From assembly GCA_018971605.1 (NCBI GenBank), contig JAGXAL010000003.1, forward strand, positions 1 through 54,712: DNA of 54,712 nucleotides. Direction: 5' to 3'. The notes below the pieces were generated by a model. It saw nothing but the letters and a program-made list of their open reading frames with translations. It made no database searches and had not been told where the DNA came from. Positions within the stretch are counted from its first letter, which is position 1. The number at the start of each line of letters is the position of its first letter. Below, piece after piece: positions 49,967-54,712 of the stretch. The DNA is from Natronospirales bacterium (GTDB lineage: Bacteria; Pseudomonadota; Gammaproteobacteria; Natronospirales; REEB76). The position numbers and the translations under genes are program-made.

Positions 49967-50114
49967 TTGGGGCGTAGCCAAGTGGGTGAGGCCGAGAGGC
50001 CGAACGCCCGGAGCCGGATGCGTAGGGCCGGACTTTCGCGCGCAGCAGGATGCGAAGCGCGAAAGGGCAGCGCACTACAGTGCAATGAGGCTTGGTTACC
50101 CGAGAGAGTTGAGT
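49967..50114 (+). repeat. tRNA-Gln 5'-end duplicate followed by a structured spacer
   Basis: TTGGGGCGTAGCCAAG at 49967-49982 is identical to 50115-50130; several hairpins follow. Confidence 0.75.
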
Positions 50115-50115
50115 T

Positions 50116-50190
50116 TGGGGCGTAGCCAAGCGGTAAGGCAGCGGGTTTTGATCCCGCCATTCCCAGGTTCGAATCCTGGCGCCCCAGCCA
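50116..50190 (+). tRNA. tRNA-Gln (UUG)
   Basis: 75 nt; acceptor TGGGGCG/CGCCCCA, anticodon stem GCGGG-TTTTGAT-CCCGC, GGTTCGAATCC T arm, encoded CCA; canonical ispE-prs position. Confidence 0.97.
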
Positions 50191-50256
50191 TCGTGTGTTT
50201 TTGGTACTGCGTTTCAGATTGATGTGTCAGGTACGATTTGAATTAGCGAGGGTGCC

Positions 50257-51210
50257 GTGTCAGCAGGCAGCATGATGGTGTTCGCGGGCAATGCCAACCC
50301 GCAGCTTGCGAACCGTATCGTCACTCATCTGCAGTTGCCGTTGGGCAAGGCCCAGGTAGGCCGCTTCAGCGACGGCGAAGTGACCGTGGAGCTGATGGAA
50401 AACGTGCGCGGCCGCGACGTGTTCATCGTGCAGTCCACCTGCCCGCCGACCAACGACAATCTCATGGAGTTGCTGGTGATGGCGGATGCGTTGCGCCGCG
50501 CCTCCGCGGCACGGGTCACCGCGGTAGTGCCGTATTTCGGCTATGCGCGTCAGGATCGGCGGCAGCGCGCCGCGCGCGTGCCGATCACCGCCAAGCTGGT
50601 TGCCAACCTCATGGTTTCCGCCGGCGTGAATCGCCTGCTGACCGTGGATTTGCACGCCGACCAGATCCAGGGATTCTTTGATATCCCGGTGGACAACGTG
50701 TATGCCTCGCCGGTTTTGCTCGGCGATGCCTGGAAGCAGAAGTTCAAGAACCTGGTGGTGGTATCGCCGGATATCGGCGGCGTGGCGCGTGCCCGGGCGC
50801 TGGCGAAACGCCTCGACGATGCGGATCTCGCGATCATCGACAAGCGCCGCCCGCGGCCCAACGAAGCGCAGGTGATGAACATCATAGGTGAGGCGTCGGG
50901 CAAGACCTGCGTGATCGTGGATGACCTGGTGGACACTGCCGGTACGCTGTGTCTCGCTGCCAAGGCCTTGAAAGAGAAGGGCGCCTCCAAAGTGCTGGCT
51001 TATATCACGCACCCGGTGCTGTCCGGCAAGGCCATTGAAAACATCGAGGCTTCGGTATTGGATCAATTGGTGGTTACCGACACCATTCCGCTTGGTGCCA
51101 AGGCGCAGGCCTGCAAGAAGATCCGGCAGTTGTCCATTGCGCAACTGCTGGCGGAAACCATGCGTCGCGTGAGCGACGAAGAATCGGTGTCGTCACTGTA
51201 TGTAGATTAG
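50257..51210 (+). CDS. prs: Ribose-phosphate pyrophosphokinase
   Basis: [26 protein letters not shown] and [10 protein letters not shown]. Confidence 0.98.
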   Translation: MSAGSMMVFAGNANPQLANRIVTHLQLPLGKAQVGRFSDGEVTVELMENVRGRDVFIVQSTCPPTNDNLMELLVMADALRRASAARVTAVVPYFGYARQDRRQRAARVPITAKLVANLMVSAGVNRLLTVDLHADQIQGFFDIPVDNVYASPVLLGDAWKQKFKNLVVVSPDIGGVARARALAKRLDDADLAIIDKRRPRPNEAQVMNIIGEASGKTCVIVDDLVDTAGTLCLAAKALKEKGASKVLAYITHPVLSGKAIENIEASVLDQLVVTDTIPLGAKAQACKKIRQLSIAQLLAETMRRVSDEESVSSLYVD

Positions 51211-51212
51211 GG

Positions 51213-51262
51213 GTCGCGACAAGATGTCGCTCCTGCTGTGGGAGTGGCATTTAACCGCGATT
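51213..51262. repeat. Back-to-back doublet of family B REP elements
   Basis: Minus strand GCAGGAGCGACATCTTGTCGCGAC (51213-51236) and plus strand GTGGGAGTGGCATTTAACCGCGATT (51238-51262). Confidence 0.65.
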
Positions 51263-51272
51263 CATTTGTGGA

Positions 51273-51296
51273 GCTTCGTTTGGTCGCAGGCGAAGC
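51273..51296 (+). promoter_or_regulatory. Probable rplY (L25) leader hairpin
   Basis: GCTTCGTTT-GGTCGC-AGGCGAAGC stem-loop about 30 nt upstream of rplY. I recall a GGUCGC loop as typical of proteobacterial rplY leaders; needs an Rfam check. Confidence 0.6.
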
Positions 51297-51324
51297 GTGT
51301 TAAACGTAACTGGAGTATCGAGAC

Positions 51325-52167
51325 ATGGCTATCAGCTTCAATCTGAGCGCCGAAGTCCGTCACGACAAGGGGAAGGGTGCGAGCCGCCGCCTGCGTCGTG
51401 TTGGCAAGGTGCCGGGAATTCTTTACGGGGCCGGTGAGCCGGCGATGGAACTGGCTTTCGATCACAACGAGCTGCGCAACAGTTTGGCGCACGAGGCTTT
51501 TTACTCGCACGTCCTCAAGATCAAGGTGGACGGCGGCGAGCATCAGGCGATCGTCAAGGATCTGCAGCGCCATCCTGCCAAGCCGCTGATCATGCATCTG
51601 GACCTGCTGCGCGTGAAGGACGACGTGGAAATCCGCGTGCATGTGCCGCTGCACTTCCTCGGCGAAAAGGACGCCATCGGCGTCAAGCAGCAGGGCGGCG
51701 TGGTGTCGCGCAACTTCATCGAAGTCGAGATCGCGTGCTTGCCGCGCTATCTGCCGGAATACATCGATGTGGACGTGACCAATCTCGAGATCAATCACGC
51801 GCTGCATCTCTCCGACCTGAAACTGTCCGAGGGCGTGCGCATCGTGCAACTCGCCTACGGTGAGGAGCACGACCTGCCAGTGGTCGCAATCCACCATCCG
51901 CGCATCACGGTCGAGGAAGAGCCTGTGGCCGAAGCTGCTGCGGCTCCGACCGAAGGTGCCGCCGCGCCGGCGGAAGGTGCTGCGGCCGCGCCCGCCGAAG
52001 GCGGCAAAGCCGCGCCTGCGGATGCCAAGGCGGCCGCCGCAGCCGGCAAAGGTGCTGCTGCACCCGGCAAAGGTGCCGCACCCGCGGCTGCCGGTGGCAA
52101 GCCCGCGCCTGCCGACAAGGCCGCGCCCGCGGCCGACAAGGGCGGCAAGGGCAAGGACAAGAAGTAA
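51325..52167 (+). CDS. rplY: 50S ribosomal protein L25/general stress protein Ctc, long form
   Basis: GKGASRRLR, VPGILYG, QRHP and HLDL; TL5 C domain; long Ala/Pro/Lys tail. Confidence 0.97.
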   Translation: MAISFNLSAEVRHDKGKGASRRLRRVGKVPGILYGAGEPAMELAFDHNELRNSLAHEAFYSHVLKIKVDGGEHQAIVKDLQRHPAKPLIMHLDLLRVKDDVEIRVHVPLHFLGEKDAIGVKQQGGVVSRNFIEVEIACLPRYLPEYIDVDVTNLEINHALHLSDLKLSEGVRIVQLAYGEEHDLPVVAIHHPRITVEEEPVAEAAAAPTEGAAAPAEGAAAAPAEGGKAAPADAKAAAAAGKGAAAPGKGAAPAAAGGKPAPADKAAPAADKGGKGKDKK

Positions 52168-52171
52168 GCGC

Positions 52172-52205
52172 ACGCCGGTCCGTTCGGGACCGGCGTTTGC
52201 TTTTT
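52172..52205 (+). terminator. Intrinsic terminator-like hairpin between rplY and pth
   Basis: ACGCCGGTCC-GTTCG-GGACCGGCGT followed by TTGCTTTTT. Confidence 0.75.
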
Positions 52206-52211
52206 CCGGTC

Positions 52212-52856
52212 ATGGCAGCAAGCACGCCGATACAACTCGTGGTCGGCCTCGGCAATCCCGGGGCCGATTACGTTTTGACGCGCCACAACGCCGGCTTCTG
52301 GTTTGTGGATGCGCTGGCGCGGGCGCACGGCGGCAGTTTCAGTCACGAGCGCAAGTTCAGTGGTGACGTCTGCCGGCTCAACATCGCCGGACACGACGTA
52401 CGCCTGCTCAAGCCCGACACCTTCATGAACCGCAGCGGTCAGGCAGTGCAGGTATTGGCGGCCTATCTCAAGCTGCCGCCCGAGGCCATCCTGGTGGCGC
52501 ATGATGATCTGGATCTGCCCGTGGGCACGGTGCGTTTGAAACAAGGCGGCGGTCACGGCGGCCACAACGGTCTGCGCGACATCATTGATCGGCTGGGCGA
52601 AAACTTCGCGCGCCTGCGTTTCGGCATCGGCCGCCCGGAAGTCAATGAAGAAATCATTGATTACGTGCTGCACCGCGCGGGCGATGAAGATGAATCGAAA
52701 ATCATGGAAGCGGTGGGTGCGACCCTTGCGGTGCTGCCGAAGATTCTCGCCGGTGAAATGGAAAAGGCCATGCACGAACTGCACAGCCGTGGCGTGGTGC
52801 CGCGAGCGCGCCGCAGCGATAAATCCGCAGCCCACACGACCAAAGATCAGTCATGA
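52212..52856 (+). CDS. pth: Peptidyl-tRNA hydrolase
   Basis: VGLGNPG, TRHNAGF, FMNRSG, HDDLD and GHNGL. Confidence 0.97.
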   Translation: MAASTPIQLVVGLGNPGADYVLTRHNAGFWFVDALARAHGGSFSHERKFSGDVCRLNIAGHDVRLLKPDTFMNRSGQAVQVLAAYLKLPPEAILVAHDDLDLPVGTVRLKQGGGHGGHNGLRDIIDRLGENFARLRFGIGRPEVNEEIIDYVLHRAGDEDESKIMEAVGATLAVLPKILAGEMEKAMHELHSRGVVPRARRSDKSAAHTTKDQS

Positions 52857-53944
52857 GCCTGAAATGCGGCATCGTCGGTTTGCCGAATGTCGGTAAATCC
52901 ACGCTCTTCAATGCGCTCACCAAAGCCGGTATCGCCGCGGAAAACTATCCTTTCTGCACCATTGATCCCAACGTCGGCGTAGTCGCGGTGCCCGATGCGC
53001 GCCTTGCGGAGCTTGCCGCCATCGTGCACCCGCAGAAAATCGTGCCGGCGGCGGTGGAATTCGTGGATATTGCCGGTCTGGTGGCCGGCGCCTCCAAGGG
53101 CGAAGGTCTCGGCAATCAGTTTCTGTCGCATATCCGCGAAACCGACGCCATCGCGCACGTGGTGCGCTGTTTCGAGAACGCCGACGTGGTGCACGTCTCG
53201 GGCAAAGTGAATCCCGTCTCGGATATCGAAACCATTAACACCGAACTGGCGCTCGCGGATCTGGAAGTCGTCGCACGTGCAGCGGAGCGCAACGCACGTG
53301 TGGCCAAGTCCGGCGACAAGGATGCGGTGGCCCGCCAGAAGGTCCTGGAAGCGCTCAAGGCCCAACTTGATCAGGCCAAGCCGGCGCGCACGCTCCGTTT
53401 GAATGCCGAAGAACTGGCACTGGTGCAGGAATACGGCCTGTTGACCCTGAAACCCACCATGTACGTCGCCAACGTGGACGAACACGGCTTCGACAACAAC
53501 CCGCTGTTGGATCAAGTACGTGCCATCGCGCAAGCAGAGCATTCCGAAGTGGTGCCAGTATGCGCTGCTATGGAAGCGGAGATTGCCGAGCTGGACGACA
53601 AGGACAAGGCCGACTTTCTCAAGGACCTGGGGTTGAGCGAGCCAGGGCTGAACCGCGTGATCCGCGCGGGTTATAAATTATTGGGACTGGAGACCTACTT
53701 CACCGCCGGCCCCAAGGAAGCGCGTGCCTGGACTATTCATCGTGGCGCCACCGCACCGCAAGCCGCTGGCGTGATCCACACGGATTTCGAAAAAGGTTTC
53801 ATCCGTGCTGAAGTCGTAGCTTATGAGGACTACGTGAAATACAAAGGCGAGGCGGGTGCGCGCGAAGCCGGTAAATGGCGGCTGGAAGGCAAGGATTACA
53901 TCGTCAGGGAAGGCGATGTGATGCACTTCCGCTTCAATGTATAA
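52853..53944 (+). CDS. ychF: Redox-regulated ATPase YchF
   Basis: [25 protein letters not shown] and [13 protein letters not shown]. Confidence 0.98.
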   Translation: MSLKCGIVGLPNVGKSTLFNALTKAGIAAENYPFCTIDPNVGVVAVPDARLAELAAIVHPQKIVPAAVEFVDIAGLVAGASKGEGLGNQFLSHIRETDAIAHVVRCFENADVVHVSGKVNPVSDIETINTELALADLEVVARAAERNARVAKSGDKDAVARQKVLEALKAQLDQAKPARTLRLNAEELALVQEYGLLTLKPTMYVANVDEHGFDNNPLLDQVRAIAQAEHSEVVPVCAAMEAEIAELDDKDKADFLKDLGLSEPGLNRVIRAGYKLLGLETYFTAGPKEARAWTIHRGATAPQAAGVIHTDFEKGFIRAEVVAYEDYVKYKGEAGAREAGKWRLEGKDYIVREGDVMHFRFNV

Positions 53945-53954
53945 TCTGCGCCCC
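53940..53954 (+). promoter_or_regulatory. Candidate -10 box plus GC-rich discriminator for tRNA-Met
   Basis: TATAAT overlapping the ychF stop, followed by CTGCGCCCC; no good -35. Confidence 0.5.
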
Positions 53955-53969
53955 TCGATTTTCCCTTTT

Positions 53970-54046
53970 GGCTACGTAGCTCAGCTGGTTAGAGCGCGGC
54001 ACTCATAATGCTGAGGTCGGTGGTTCGAGTCCACCCGTAGCCACCA
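53970..54046 (+). tRNA. tRNA-Met (CAU), elongator type
   Basis: 77 nt; GGCTACG/CGTAGCC acceptor, CTCATAA loop, GGTTCGAGTCC, encoded CCA. Confidence 0.96.
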
Positions 54047-54712
54047 GCAATATCAAGCACTTACATTTTCACTTCACTAATATCAGCTTGGGTTGTGCCC
54101 CGATTGTGCCCCGCTTAGGGCACACAATCCGCTCCGCGTGTTCCCGCAGGTGAACGACGCCCAAGTGTGCATAACGACGCACCATGTCCGCACATTCCCA
54201 GCCGCCCAATTCCTGCAACACATTGAGTGGCGTCCCTGCCTGCGCATGCCAAGACGCCCAGGTATGCCGCAGATCGTGCCAGCGGAACGGTTCCAGTCCC
54301 GCTTTCTTCACTGCGGCCCGCCAGGCCTTGGTGTTCACCTGCCACACGGGTTGCCCCTGGTAGGTAAACACGTACTCCGCATGCGCGCCCAAGCAACCCC
54401 GCAACACCGACATGGCTTCCGCATTGAGCGGTACGCCGATGGCTTTGCGCGCTTTCGCCTGATCCGGATGAATCCAGGCCAAGTGCTGACGCAAATCCAC
54501 CTGCGACCACTGCATACGGCAAACGTTGCGCTGTCTTAATCCCGTGGCGAGTGCAAACCGCGCCATCGCGGCCTGATGCGGCGGTAGGTACGACAAGAGC
54601 TGCTCGGCCTGCTCTCGCGTGATCCACCGGATGCGCTTGTTGCGCACCACATAAAAGTGAATCTTCGGCACCCGTTCCAGCCAATCCCACTCATCGCGCG
54701 CCTTGCGCAGGA
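54047..54712. mobile_element. Left end of a prophage/genomic island integrated at tRNA-Met
   Basis: The integrase stop is 22 nt from the tRNA CCA end and the gene points toward the tRNA. Confidence 0.8.
54069..54712 (-). CDS. Phage-type tyrosine integrase, 3' part (start lies beyond the right edge)
   Basis: Frame open to the edge (LRKARDEWDWLERVPKI); TGLR, HDLRHTWASW, LGGW and RRYAH catalytic motifs. Confidence 0.95.
   Translation of the reverse strand, partial: LRKARDEWDWLERVPKIHFYVVRNKRIRWITREQAEQLLSYLPPHQAAMARFALATGLRQRNVCRMQWSQVDLRQHLAWIHPDQAKARKAIGVPLNAEAMSVLRGCLGAHAEYVFTYQGQPVWQVNTKAWRAAVKKAGLEPFRWHDLRHTWASWHAQAGTPLNVLQELGGWECADMVRRYAHLGVVHLREHAERIVCPKRGTIGAQPKLILVK

Noticed and set aside
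49968-50101. Second tRNA-Gln or intron-containing tRNA
   Set aside because: No anticodon arm, T arm or 3' acceptor strand, and the downstream tRNA is complete on its own.

Overview
A high-GC, Gammaproteobacteria-type chromosomal window made mostly of conserved housekeeping blocks. From left to right: (1) a 3-hydroxyanthranilate meta-cleavage cluster (ALDH, RidA-type deaminase, nbaC, ACMSD cut by the left edge), interrupted by two lower-GC genes; (2) lptD-surA-pdxA-rsmA-(usp)-apaG-apaH, with divergent amgK-murU; (3) three uncharacterised beta-rich lipoproteins; (4) mreBCD-mrdA-rodA-mltB-rlpA-dacA-dat-ybeD-lipB-lipA; (5) gatCAB-hslO; (6) prmC-ppi-moeB-yiiD-like-JAB-like; (7) cystathionine beta-synthase/gamma-lyase plus accessory genes that split prfA from prmC; (8) hemA-prfA; (9) TPR-lolB-ispE-tRNA-Gln-prs-rplY-pth-ychF-tRNA-Met; (10) the 3' end of a phage-type integrase at the right edge. 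The best novelty candidates are an apparently circularly permuted exported thioredoxin, a decayed 59-bp attC behind the neighbouring cupin gene, the three-lipoprotein cluster (two Ig + 4x beta-repeat paralogs), a catalytically degenerate JAB coupled to MoeB and a hotdog thioesterase, a possibly lipid-anchored SurA, and a 148-nt structured tRNA-Gln 5'-end duplication containing an anti-tRNA segment. All calls come from reading motifs and synteny by eye; no searches were run, and several start codons are best guesses.
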